Positions 45,817-55,465 of a DNA stretch of 62,240 nt are shown here, one piece after another. Made by a program: the position numbers and the translations under genes. The notes under the pieces are model-generated. The model had not been told where the DNA came from, searched no databases, and was given only the letters and a program-made list of their open reading frames with translations. Source of the DNA: Candidatus Omnitrophota bacterium (GTDB taxonomy: Bacteria; Omnitrophota; Gorgyraeia; Gorgyraeales; Gorgyraeaceae); the NCBI GenBank assembly GCA_042571405.1, contig JBHPHU010000004.1:1-62240 (forward strand), written 5' to 3'. Every line of letters starts with the position of its first letter. Position 1 is the stretch's first letter.

Positions 45817-47655
45817 TTAGTCTAACTTTTGGCTGGAGCAGTATTCGCTGATTATGGAAGTAAAGGCATCAGCATAGGTCTTTGCTTTTTTGGCCCCTAC
45901 TCCGAATACTGTGGCAAAGGCTTCTTTTGTGGTGGGTTTGATGATGGTCATGTCTTTTAAGGATTTGTCTCCGAATATTATAAAAGCTGGGACACGATGC
46001 TTAAAGGCAAGCTCTGCTCTTTTCCTGCGAAGCATCTGAAATAATTCCTGATCTATGCCTTGCCATTCTTTTTCTTTTATCTCTCTGCTTTTTTTTGCTA
46101 TCTCTTTTTTCTTTTTGGCCAAGAGCGGTTTTACCAGCGACGGGGTAATTTCGCCTTTTAGCACCTTTATCGCGGAAGGCGTAAGCGAAAGCGTAGAATA
46201 TTCTCCCTCTCTTATCAAAAAATCCTGGCCTATCATCTGCTCTATCATGTATCTTATGAATTCCAAAGAAGCATCAGCCATTGAGCCGAATTTGGATAGA
46301 TTCTGATGGCCTCTTTTTTCAACATTGTCAGTCAGATGTCCTTTCAATATATTGGCTATATGCCCTGCTCCAAATCCGTAAGATATCTCCTGCGTAGCCT
46401 CATACACACAAAACAATATATCCTGTCCTATCTTTAATGGGTTTTCTACCATATCAAATTCGTTCAGGCAATAATCGCATGCCTCGCAGGAATTTTTGTC
46501 ATACGCCTGGTCAAAATAAGCTGCGATAGCCTTATGTCTGCATTGGGGCTTTGAACAAAAATGATATATTGTATTCAACTTGGAAATAAGAGTGTCTTGA
46601 TTAGAAGATTTCTCTGATAGAAACTTCCAGGTACGATAATCCCTGCCTCCGAAAAACATATAACAATATGACGGAAGTCCGTCACGGCCGGAGCGGCCTG
46701 TTTCCTGGTGATAGTATTCCAGGCTCTTGGGCATGGCAGCGTGTATTATAAAACGAATATTTGAACGGTCAATGCCCATACCAAAAGCAACTGTTGCCAC
46801 TATTATATTGACTTGTTCACGCACAAACTTATCCTGGTTCGCATGACGCACCTCATCTGTAAGTCCTGCGTGATAAGGCAGATTCTCGAAACCAAGCTTG
46901 TTCAGTTTATCAGATATCATGTCAACATCGTCCCTGCGCAAGCAATATATAATGCCAGGCTCGTCAGCATGCTTCTCCAACACATCAGTTATCTGTTTTA
47001 TGATAATTGTACGAGGCACCATCCTGTAGGTCAGATTAGGCCTGTCAACAGGAGCAATGTGTACTTTTGCGTCATCAAATTTGAGCTGGGCTACGATATC
47101 ATCCTGTACTGCTTTTGTGGCGGTAGCTGTAAACGCGTGGACACTCGTGGACGGAAACATCTCTTTTATAATCCTGAGATTGCGATAGTCAGCCCTAAAA
47201 TCATGCCCCCAGTGACTTATGCAATGCGCCTCATCTATTACAAAAAAGGAAATCTGTATCGAGCGCAAGAGATCAACGGTCTCTTCGTTCTGTAAACGCT
47301 CAGGTGAGATATAGAGAAGTTTTATTTTTTGTTCCTGGATAAGCGCTATTATTTCTCTTTGTTCCCTGACAGATAAGCTGGAATTTAAATACACCGCGGA
47401 TATCCCCATATCCTTTAACGCGTCCACCTGGTCTTTCATAAGAGATATAAGCGGAGAAATGACAACTGACATGCCGTCTCTAAGAAGCGCCGGTAATTGG
47501 AAGCAGAGCGATTTCCCCCCGCCGGTAGGCAAAACTGTAAGGCTCTCTTTGTCTTCGAGAATAGAAAAAATTATCTCTTCTTGTAAGGGCCGAAAAGAAG
47601 TATAGCCCCAGTATTGTTTCAAAACAGCTAATATCTGATCTCTGGTATAGCGCAT
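45817..47655 (-). CDS. recQ: ATP-dependent DNA helicase RecQ
   Basis: 612 aa. TGGGKSLCFQLPA, DEAHCISHWGHDFR, RQC Zn cluster and HRDC. Confidence 0.95.
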   Translation of the reverse strand: MRYTRDQILAVLKQYWGYTSFRPLQEEIIFSILEDKESLTVLPTGGGKSLCFQLPALLRDGMSVVISPLISLMKDQVDALKDMGISAVYLNSSLSVREQREIIALIQEQKIKLLYISPERLQNEETVDLLRSIQISFFVIDEAHCISHWGHDFRADYRNLRIIKEMFPSTSVHAFTATATKAVQDDIVAQLKFDDAKVHIAPVDRPNLTYRMVPRTIIIKQITDVLEKHADEPGIIYCLRRDDVDMISDKLNKLGFENLPYHAGLTDEVRHANQDKFVREQVNIIVATVAFGMGIDRSNIRFIIHAAMPKSLEYYHQETGRSGRDGLPSYCYMFFGGRDYRTWKFLSEKSSNQDTLISKLNTIYHFCSKPQCRHKAIAAYFDQAYDKNSCEACDYCLNEFDMVENPLKIGQDILFCVYEATQEISYGFGAGHIANILKGHLTDNVEKRGHQNLSKFGSMADASLEFIRYMIEQMIGQDFLIREGEYSTLSLTPSAIKVLKGEITPSLVKPLLAKKKKEIAKKSREIKEKEWQGIDQELFQMLRRKRAELAFKHRVPAFIIFGDKSLKDMTIIKPTTKEAFATVFGVGAKKAKTYADAFTSIISEYCSSQKLD

Positions 47656-47663
47656 GTCGTTAT

Positions 47664-47691
47664 ATTATAGAAGAAAAATCAGGCTGGTCAA
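47664..47691 (-). promoter_or_regulatory. sigma70-type promoter TTGACC-16-TATAAT, 8 nt from the recQ ATG
   Basis: -35 at 47691-47686 and -10 at 47669-47664. No Shine-Dalgarno between the -10 and the ATG. Confidence 0.6.
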
Positions 47692-47752
47692 GGAAGAAAC
47701 AGGATTGAGGGTGACCGGTGAGTTAACAAGAAGACTATGCCATAGTTCTGTC

Positions 47753-47796
47753 ATTCCCGCGAAAGCCAGCGGCCTTGCCGCTAGGCAGGCGGGAAT
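47753..47796. repeat. attcccgc ... gcgggaat hairpin repeat, copy 2 (after the kinase gene)
   Basis: attcccgc-gaaagccagcggccttgccgctaggcag-gcgggaat with a nested cagcggc/gccgctag stem. Confidence 0.7.
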
Positions 47797-47818
47797 CTAC
47801 AACTTACAGTCGATAGTT

Positions 47819-49021
47819 TTATCCTTTTTGTACCTTTAGAATAACACTGATCGTGGTGCCTTTGCCTTTCTCACTCTGTATCTCAAGTAATCCTTTGTGC
47901 ATATCAATGATGTTTTTTGTTATATATAGACCGAGGCCTGTTCCTTTTTCCTCAGCGCTTGTTCTTTTCGTTGTAAAGAATGGTTCGAATATCTTGCTCA
48001 GGTCTTTCGCGGCAATACCAACACCTGTGTCTTGTATCTCTACGACTACAACCTTTTCTCCGGGTTTTATAAAATCCTCTGTACTGTTATCTACCCCCGG
48101 TTTTGGCGTCGTGAATTGTTTTTGATAACTTCGGATATGAAGTTCTCCGCCCTTTGACATGGCTTGGCGGGCATTTAATAATAAATTAATAAATACCTGC
48201 TCTATCTTTCCTTTATCAATTAAAACTTTTGGCAAATCATCTTTTAATTCCTTAACTATTTTTATATTTTTGGACTTAAATCCATATTCTTTTAAAGTTA
48301 AAGCGGCTTCTAGTATGGAATTTATGTTTTCCAGTTGTAGGCCCACCTCTGACAGCTTGGAGAAGTCAACCAGCGCGCGTACAATACTATCAGCCCTGTG
48401 GACATTCTGCTTAATCAACTGCAGGGTGTCGAAATTAGTCGTTTGCGTTTCAGGGATTTGTTGCTCTAAATAACCGATGCCTTGTAATATTATCCCCAGG
48501 GGATTCTTTATCTCATGCGCTACGCCGCTGGCCATCCTGCCTATTGCCTGCATTTTTTCAGCTTGGATAAGCTGTGATTGGGCTTCTTTAAGCTTAGCAT
48601 ATGCTATTTTCAATTCCCCTTCAACCCGTTCCTTTTCTTTTTTCACATTATGTCTCTCGAGAGCCTTCCTGACAATCAAGGGCAAGGTCTCTTCATACAT
48701 GTCATCTTTCACCACATAATCATACGCCCCTTCTTTCATAATATCTACGGCTATCCTCTCGCTCCCGGCAGAGGTAACCACAATAAAAGGTAAGTCTTTA
48801 CCCTTCTCCTTCATTTTTTTCAATACATCCAAAGCGCTCAAACCAGGCAGCCTGTAGTCACAGAGCACTAGATCATAATCCTTATCGATTATCATCTTTA
48901 GCCCCTCCTGAGGATCCCCTGTAGAATCGATCTGCCAGTCTTTAGAGGCTAATGTTAACACATCTTTAGTAATCAGAACATGATCCAGATTATCTTCGAT
49001 AAGAAATATCTTTATAGACAT
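47819..49021 (-). CDS. receiver-domain histidine kinase (REC-HisKA-HATPase)
   Basis: 400 aa. DLVLCDYRLPG receiver, H-box SGVAHEIKNPL, and N/G boxes. Confidence 0.85.
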   Translation of the reverse strand: MSIKIFLIEDNLDHVLITKDVLTLASKDWQIDSTGDPQEGLKMIIDKDYDLVLCDYRLPGLSALDVLKKMKEKGKDLPFIVVTSAGSERIAVDIMKEGAYDYVVKDDMYEETLPLIVRKALERHNVKKEKERVEGELKIAYAKLKEAQSQLIQAEKMQAIGRMASGVAHEIKNPLGIILQGIGYLEQQIPETQTTNFDTLQLIKQNVHRADSIVRALVDFSKLSEVGLQLENINSILEAALTLKEYGFKSKNIKIVKELKDDLPKVLIDKGKIEQVFINLLLNARQAMSKGGELHIRSYQKQFTTPKPGVDNSTEDFIKPGEKVVVVEIQDTGVGIAAKDLSKIFEPFFTTKRTSAEEKGTGLGLYITKNIIDMHKGLLEIQSEKGKGTTISVILKVQKG

Positions 49022-49030
49022 AAAATACCA

Positions 49031-49492
49031 TTATACCCCACTGCTATTAGATGAATTAATATTCAATAATCCCCAATATAGACCTATCTGCTTTACTACA
49101 GTAACAAATTTTTCAAACTCAACGGGTTTTTGTATATAACTGTTACAACCATAATTATAACCTTTTACTACATCCTCTTCTCTTTTGGAAACAGTCAGCA
49201 GTATTGTAGGTATGCTTTTCAAATCAGGGTTTGTTTTTAATCTCTTCAGGACCTCCAGGCCATTTTTCTTCGGCAGGTTTATATCCAGCAATATCAAACC
49301 CGGCCTGAACGCCACGTTTGGGTCCTGATACTTGCCCTTACGCTCTAAAAAGTCAATTGCCTCACTGCCATCTCTAACCACAAACAAATCATTAACCACC
49401 CCTGCCACTTGCAAAGCCTCTTTGGTTATTTCAATGTGATCAAGGTTGTCTTCTACAAGTAAAATTTTTACAATATTACGCTCCACTGACAT
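49031..49492 (-). CDS. single-domain response regulator
   Basis: 153 aa. ILLVEDN...LILLDINLPKKNG. Confidence 0.85.
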   Translation of the reverse strand: MSVERNIVKILLVEDNLDHIEITKEALQVAGVVNDLFVVRDGSEAIDFLERKGKYQDPNVAFRPGLILLDINLPKKNGLEVLKRLKTNPDLKSIPTILLTVSKREEDVVKGYNYGCNSYIQKPVEFEKFVTVVKQIGLYWGLLNINSSNSSGV

Positions 49493-49494
49493 AA

Positions 49495-51006
49495 TTACCC
49501 CTTTCTGTTCTCAGATTGATCTTTTACGGTAAAATAAAATGTCGTGCCTTCTCCCATCTTGGACTCAACCCATATCTTCCCGCCATTATTCTCTATTATC
49601 TTTTTTACTATGGTAAGGCCCGCGCCTGTTCCTTCGTGGTCTTCTCTTTTGCCTAACCTCTGGAAAATTTTGAACACTTTGTCAAAATACTGCTCCTCTA
49701 TGCCTGAGCCATTATCCTTTACATAAAATTCATAAAAACCGTTTTTTTCTATACACCCTATTTCTACATGAGGCTGCTTCTTATCCGTGAACTTTATAGA
49801 GTTAGAGATCAGGTTAAGAAAAACCTCTGCCAATCTTACGCGGTCACAAGAAAGTCTTGGCAACTTATCCCGGACTATTATGTCGGCCTTCTTTTCATGT
49901 ATCGCGTATTCCAGCCTCATTTTCACCTCATCTATAAGATCACCTATCTCAACTACCTCGACAGGGTTTTTTCTTCTGTCAACGCGGGATATCTCTAAAA
50001 GATCTTCGATGAGATTCTGCATTGTTGAAGCATTCACCCGTATCCGTTCAATATAATGCCTGCCCTTATCATCCAGCTTATCTCCGTAACGCATCTCCAA
50101 AAATTTAGAAAAAGCGTCTACGGTTCTTAATGGCTCCTTTAAATCGTGCGATATTGTATAAGTAAACTCATCTAATTCTTTATAGGCAGCCTCTAGTTTA
50201 CGTCCCTTTAGTTCTGCCGTTTCAACAGCCTGTTTTTCTTTCTGTATGTAGCGGTTTAAATCATCTGACATCTTATTAAACGACTCGGCAAGCTTGCCTA
50301 TCTCATCTCTCGCCCCCACTTTTATCCTATAGGAAAGATCTCCTTTGGATATCTCCTGCGTCCCTTTTAAGAGCCTGTTAATAGGCGCGGACAATGCCTT
50401 GCCCATAAAAAAGGCCGCTAAAAAACAAAAAATTATCCCTATAAATATGCTGAACCACATTATTTTTTGGCTATTTTTTGCAATAATAAGCATATTTATA
50501 TCAGATGCCCTGATCTTAGCCCTGATATCTTTGAACATCCCATCTAATCTATCGCTAGCCGCCTTAGCTGCAGCAATAGCAATATGTTCCATGTCAAAAG
50601 AACTGGCGCCTGATGGATCATATTCAAATTCACTGCTATAAGTACTGATTGCTACTTTAAAAAGCTTGGCAGTCTTTATAAATTCATTCACGGACTCTTT
50701 CTTTTGTGCATCAATGCCGCCTTTCAAATCCATAGATTCTTTAAGTACCTTATTCATGGCCAATATAGCCAAAGAAATATCAATTTCATGGTTTCTAGTA
50801 TAGCTAAAAAAGATATCTTTGGCGTATAAAAAATTATCCCTTATAGAATGCACCTTATCCGAGATAGGTCTTTTATGCACTATCATATCATATAGATTTG
50901 CGATAATCTTGTGCGTGCTTACTAAAGACACGGCGCACACAATGATCATAATTATGATCATTATTAATACAGTTAACCTGCGAATAGACCCGAATGATAA
51001 AAACAT
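49495..51006 (-). CDS. HAMP-domain sensor histidine kinase
   Basis: 503 aa. Two TM helices, HAMP, H-box SHDLKEPL, HATPase. Confidence 0.85.
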   Translation of the reverse strand: MFLSFGSIRRLTVLIMIIIMIIVCAVSLVSTHKIIANLYDMIVHKRPISDKVHSIRDNFLYAKDIFFSYTRNHEIDISLAILAMNKVLKESMDLKGGIDAQKKESVNEFIKTAKLFKVAISTYSSEFEYDPSGASSFDMEHIAIAAAKAASDRLDGMFKDIRAKIRASDINMLIIAKNSQKIMWFSIFIGIIFCFLAAFFMGKALSAPINRLLKGTQEISKGDLSYRIKVGARDEIGKLAESFNKMSDDLNRYIQKEKQAVETAELKGRKLEAAYKELDEFTYTISHDLKEPLRTVDAFSKFLEMRYGDKLDDKGRHYIERIRVNASTMQNLIEDLLEISRVDRRKNPVEVVEIGDLIDEVKMRLEYAIHEKKADIIVRDKLPRLSCDRVRLAEVFLNLISNSIKFTDKKQPHVEIGCIEKNGFYEFYVKDNGSGIEEQYFDKVFKIFQRLGKREDHEGTGAGLTIVKKIIENNGGKIWVESKMGEGTTFYFTVKDQSENRKG

Positions 51007-51023
51007 AATCCACCTGTTACTAT

Positions 51024-51620
51024 TTAACGCAATAATTGTTCGGCCAAAATATCCATATTTATCCCCACTGTCATGGCGCCAATAACATGTTTGGTCTGCG
51101 GATCAATGACAGGTATGGAAGCATGGGCTAAATAGTCTTGTGTGCTGTCATCAAAATAAACTTCGCTTATAAAAATAGCTCCTTTGCCGCCAGCAAAACA
51201 CTTAATAAATTTATCCTCATCCCCCTGCCAATAATCCGTAGTTTTCTTTGTCTCTCCTACGATACAACCCTGTTTATCCATAACAAATATCTCGGAATAA
51301 AGGCCCGCGCCCTTTTCTTCGAATTCCTTTAGGTAATCAGCGCAAGGATTATCAATAAATCCGTTTACCCATTCATCCATGTCTTTTGATCCCTGCCATC
51401 TATTATCTAACTGTATTATCTCTTCCAAAGATTTTTCAGTTTCTATATTAGCCTTTTGTACCGCGTTAACTATTATTGGATTGTTCGCCAAAACTACGAA
51501 TTCTTGCTTTGCCATACGTTTGACAAGGGCCCTTAAAGCATCTTCATTTGCCCAAGCCAGGTTTATCAGTGTTAAAAAAACAACGCCTGCCACGAAAAAA
51601 GATACTATTTTTTTTACCAT
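51024..51620 (-). CDS. secreted Cache/PDC-like sensor-domain protein
   Basis: 198 aa. Signal peptide. The fold assignment is tentative. Confidence 0.5.
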   Translation of the reverse strand: MVKKIVSFFVAGVVFLTLINLAWANEDALRALVKRMAKQEFVVLANNPIIVNAVQKANIETEKSLEEIIQLDNRWQGSKDMDEWVNGFIDNPCADYLKEFEEKGAGLYSEIFVMDKQGCIVGETKKTTDYWQGDEDKFIKCFAGGKGAIFISEVYFDDSTQDYLAHASIPVIDPQTKHVIGAMTVGINMDILAEQLLR

Positions 51621-51623
51621 TTA

Positions 51624-52499
51624 TCATTCCCCCCATTCCAGCGTCAACATCTCACCCACATCCCCTGCGCCATAAAAAGGCTGGGATAACTCAGGATCAT
51701 GCTGTCGAGCCGCCATCTCTTGACTGGATACTCCGAACTGGTAACTTTTACCCGGAACAAATTGGATATCATCCGGATTCCCTGTATTTAGAAAACGGCT
51801 GAACTCCATAGTCCACCTGCCATCAGACCATATGCCTTTTGCCTTGATGTCTGCGCGGCTTCCTGAGGGGGTCCTGTTTTCATAATTCGGGATCTCATCT
51901 CCCTCATACTCTATAAATAGAACATCTTTATAAGCTGTCGTTCCACTATCTCCTAATCTCTCTAAATACATAATGTTGCCGGTCTTAGTGGTCACTTCTA
52001 TTGATTTTGAGCGTTTAGTTTTGCCTAATTTCTGCATCTTATCATCTGCAAAACCTACGGGATCCGTCCTGTTCGCTTTCCAAAACCATATATCCGCCAT
52101 ATAAGATTCGTCAGAATACACGCTTAAATCTACTGGATACGCTTCCATATTCCATTTAAAAATAAACGTATCTTCTCTTAACATCCCAACCTTATACATC
52201 TCTTCATGTTTGTCCCACACCCAATACTTATGTTTCCTTGACTCATCCGGGTCAGGGAATGTAACCAAAAAGAAAATTTCCTTATCAGTATAAGCTGCCT
52301 TCATTGTTATATCAATGCCCGTAATATTATCATGGGTGACTATTGCCTGTGGCTTCTCCCACAGAGGCTCATCTGCATTCCCATCGATTACCGGAGGTAA
52401 GTCTATTTTTTCAGCGATTACGCTTTGGTCCGCATAGGAAATCCCATTTATAACCAAACATGCTAATAGCATCAACGTAAAAATTATTTTCTTTTTCAT
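51624..52499 (-). CDS. secreted DOMON/EB_dh-like (ethylbenzene-dehydrogenase gamma-type, CBM9-like) domain protein
   Basis: 291 aa. Signal peptide; IDGNADEPLWEKPQ...KAAYTDKEIFFLVTFPD pattern. Assigned from memory. Confidence 0.5.
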   Translation of the reverse strand: MKKKIIFTLMLLACLVINGISYADQSVIAEKIDLPPVIDGNADEPLWEKPQAIVTHDNITGIDITMKAAYTDKEIFFLVTFPDPDESRKHKYWVWDKHEEMYKVGMLREDTFIFKWNMEAYPVDLSVYSDESYMADIWFWKANRTDPVGFADDKMQKLGKTKRSKSIEVTTKTGNIMYLERLGDSGTTAYKDVLFIEYEGDEIPNYENRTPSGSRADIKAKGIWSDGRWTMEFSRFLNTGNPDDIQFVPGKSYQFGVSSQEMAARQHDPELSQPFYGAGDVGEMLTLEWGE

Positions 52500-52570
52500 A
52501 ACTTTCTCTCCTTATTGTCAGCATAAAAACCAAAGATCAAACTTAGTTCTCCCAACAGCTTTTTTAAATA

Positions 52571-52960
52571 CTAATTGTTTTCCTGTTTCGGCTGCAAAGC
52601 CTTTTCTATTTTGACGATAAGCCCTTCTTGATCCATCGGCTTCGCGAGATAACCTACTACTCCTTTTTTATAGGCCCTGTTCTTATCTTCATCTCGATCT
52701 AACGCGGAAAATATAATAATAGGGATGGTTTTGCCAAAAGGATCTTGATTTAACATATCGCAAACCTCGATGCCTCCTATCCCGGGCATAACAAGGTCCA
52801 GAAGTATCACATCCGGCCTAAAACTGCCGACTTTGGATAAAATCTCTTTTGGATCCGACAGGGTCAAAACTTCATACTTGCCTGTCCTTTCTAAATTCAA
52901 TTTTACTATTGTAAGAAAATCCAGTTCGTCGTCAACAACCAATATCTTTTTCTTAGACAT
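52571..52960 (-). CDS. single-domain response regulator
   Basis: 129 aa. ILVVDDE...VILLDLVMPG. Confidence 0.85.
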   Translation of the reverse strand: MSKKKILVVDDELDFLTIVKLNLERTGKYEVLTLSDPKEILSKVGSFRPDVILLDLVMPGIGGIEVCDMLNQDPFGKTIPIIIFSALDRDEDKNRAYKKGVVGYLAKPMDQEGLIVKIEKALQPKQENN

Positions 52961-53057
52961 TTAACCCCTCTTTAGATCTTTAAAGCAATAATAAAGCATA
53001 CCATATCAAGCTATAAATACAAGGGGAGGCGAGTCATGGAGAAAAATTTTAAAAAAT

Positions 53058-54644
53058 CTATCTCTTGGGCGAAAGAACTTTTTCTAACTTAGCGACAAGG
53101 GCATTTATTTCTATAGGCTTTATAAGATAATCTTTTACTCCTGCCCTATACGCCCTGTCCTTATCTATATCGTTATCTACTGCGGAAAGTATAATAATAG
53201 GGATGGATTTGCCGAGTGGGTCGTTGCTTAGCTTCTCGCAACAATCATGCCCGCCTACTATCGGCATAAGTATATCCAATAATATCACATCCGGCTTAAA
53301 CCTATTCACCTCTGAGATAATATCCTTTGCGCTTGGCAAAATTAACACCTGATAGTCGTGTATGGTTTCCAAATTTAACTTTGCAATCTTGAGAAAATCT
53401 ACCTCATCATCAACTATCATCACTTTTGTCTTTATGTCGCCTGCGGCTTGAGGTATTCTCAGAGCTATAATAAACCTCGTGCCCTTACCAACCTCGCTTT
53501 CTACATCAATAAATCCCTTATGCATAGCGATTATCTTCTTAGTAACCGACAATCCTAAACCACTTTGTTTGCCGGGTCCTTTCGTACTAAAGAACGGGTC
53601 AAAGATCTTCTTCAGGTTTTCTGCGGTAATACCTGAGCCTGTGTCTTCTATTTCTACGACTACGACCTTTCCCCTAGCCCCAAAATAATCCCTTGTTCTC
53701 TCATATGCCTCATCTTCTAAGCTGTCCAGTTGCTTTACATAACTGCGGATAGACAGTGTTCCCTGGCCTGGCATAGCATGAATTGCGTTCAGAAATATAT
53801 TCACAAAGACTTGTTCCATTTTCCCTTTGTCCACTAAAACCTCTGGCAAATTTTTTTGGAGATCTGTAATGATTTCTATCTTCCCTTTATGGGGCCTATG
53901 GCAGATTAAAGCTGATGAAGCTTCTATTATTGAATTGATATCTTGTTTACGGATTTCCAACTTTGTTTCTCTAGAAAAATCTACGAGAGAGCGCGTAATC
54001 TTGTCGGCTCTGTGGACATTGCTCTTCATCATATTGAAAACTTCGCGGATATCTTTCTTTGAAGATAATTTGCTCTCTAAATAGTTGACATCCTGGATCA
54101 ATATTCCTAACAGATTCTTGACTTCATGAGCTACATCACTGGCCAACTGTCCTACAACAGAAAGTTTTTCGGCCTGGACAAGCTGCTCGTAAGTCTCCAG
54201 CAGTGTAGTTTGAGCTTTTTCCAATTTTTCTTCCGCTATCCTGCGCCTGTTAATGTCTTTTATGACCCCTATGGTTCCTAAAAATCTTTTCTCTTCCCCG
54301 GTAGATTTTTCCCACTTTGCAGAAAAATGCAGCTCAGTATAGTGATAAGCCGCTGAAACGCTTCCCTGATTGTTTATTACCAGCTTCATCTCAAGACACT
54401 TAGGCGCTCCTTCAAAAACCGATTTCTCCTTTTTATCTTTTAGAAGACCATAATACCCAATGCTTTCACGGTCGTCTGGATGCACTATCTCCCCAAAATG
54501 CTTCCCGATAAGTTCCTGTGGATTATAGCCCAATTCTCTTATGGCATCACTGACGAAAGTGAATCTTCCGTTAGGATCAAATTCATATATTATATCCGGA
54601 ATTATTTTGGTAAGAATTTTATACTTTTCTTCATTTTGCTTCAC
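53058..54644 (-). CDS. hybrid sensor kinase (PAS-HisKA-HATPase-REC)
   Basis: 528 aa. H-box SDVAHEVKNLL. C-terminal receiver VMIVDDE...VILLDILMP. Confidence 0.85.
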   Translation of the reverse strand: MKQNEEKYKILTKIIPDIIYEFDPNGRFTFVSDAIRELGYNPQELIGKHFGEIVHPDDRESIGYYGLLKDKKEKSVFEGAPKCLEMKLVINNQGSVSAAYHYTELHFSAKWEKSTGEEKRFLGTIGVIKDINRRRIAEEKLEKAQTTLLETYEQLVQAEKLSVVGQLASDVAHEVKNLLGILIQDVNYLESKLSSKKDIREVFNMMKSNVHRADKITRSLVDFSRETKLEIRKQDINSIIEASSALICHRPHKGKIEIITDLQKNLPEVLVDKGKMEQVFVNIFLNAIHAMPGQGTLSIRSYVKQLDSLEDEAYERTRDYFGARGKVVVVEIEDTGSGITAENLKKIFDPFFSTKGPGKQSGLGLSVTKKIIAMHKGFIDVESEVGKGTRFIIALRIPQAAGDIKTKVMIVDDEVDFLKIAKLNLETIHDYQVLILPSAKDIISEVNRFKPDVILLDILMPIVGGHDCCEKLSNDPLGKSIPIIILSAVDNDIDKDRAYRAGVKDYLIKPIEINALVAKLEKVLSPKR

Positions 54645-54662
54645 GAATGCCCCCCCTTTTTT

Positions 54663-55409
54663 TTATACACTTATATTGGTTCTTTTACTGAAACGATATT
54701 GTGAAGGAGTAAGATTTGTGACCCTCTTAAATATCTTCATAAAAGACGCCGGGTTCCTATACCCTGCTCTATAGGCAATCTGTGTAATGTTAAAATTAGT
54801 CTTTTCTAACATGTCTTTGGCAATTTCTATTTTTAATTCTATCTTATACCTGGCAAAGCCTTTGCCTGTTTTCTTCTTAAATACCCTGCTTAAATATTTA
54901 GGGCTTAAAAACAGCTCTTTGGAAACATCTCTTAAGGTCAATGGTTTATTACAATTCCTTCTAATGAATCTTTGAGCCCATATAACCTTGCCTTCTCTAT
55001 TATCAATGCCTGATTTATCAAAATCCCTTTGCTCGCCTAGAAATCTCTCGAATATCTCCCTGATCTTTCTGACATCAAACGGTTTTTCGACATATTCGTC
55101 CGCGTCCGAACGCAGCGCTTCGACTACTATATCCTTAGAACTATACCCCGTGAGAAGAATGACTTTATGTTTTGGATTTATCTTCTTTATCTCTTTTATC
55201 AGCTCGATCCCTGTTAAACCAGGCATCATCATGTCTACTACTATAAGATCTATATCATGAGGATGACTTAAAATATTCAACGCCTCTTGGCCATCCGCAG
55301 CAAGCACTATTCTGTATTCATCATCAAAACTATGGATAAAACTATCCCTGACTCTCTTATCATCATCCACTACTAAAATTTTTTCCTTAAAAACTTTTTC
55401 GTTTGTCAT
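54663..55409 (-). CDS. response regulator with AraC-type HTH output
   Basis: Start at MTNEKVFKEKILVVDDD. The C-terminal domain has the dual AraC HTH (ITQIAYRAGYRNPASFMKIFKRVTNLTPSQYR). Confidence 0.85.
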   Translation of the reverse strand: MTNEKVFKEKILVVDDDKRVRDSFIHSFDDEYRIVLAADGQEALNILSHPHDIDLIVVDMMMPGLTGIELIKEIKKINPKHKVILLTGYSSKDIVVEALRSDADEYVEKPFDVRKIREIFERFLGEQRDFDKSGIDNREGKVIWAQRFIRRNCNKPLTLRDVSKELFLSPKYLSRVFKKKTGKGFARYKIELKIEIAKDMLEKTNFNITQIAYRAGYRNPASFMKIFKRVTNLTPSQYRFSKRTNISV

Positions 55410-55465
55410 ATGTGTTAAGTATAAGAATAAAGCAAAAAAGGTCAATCGGCAAAATACACTTTCTG

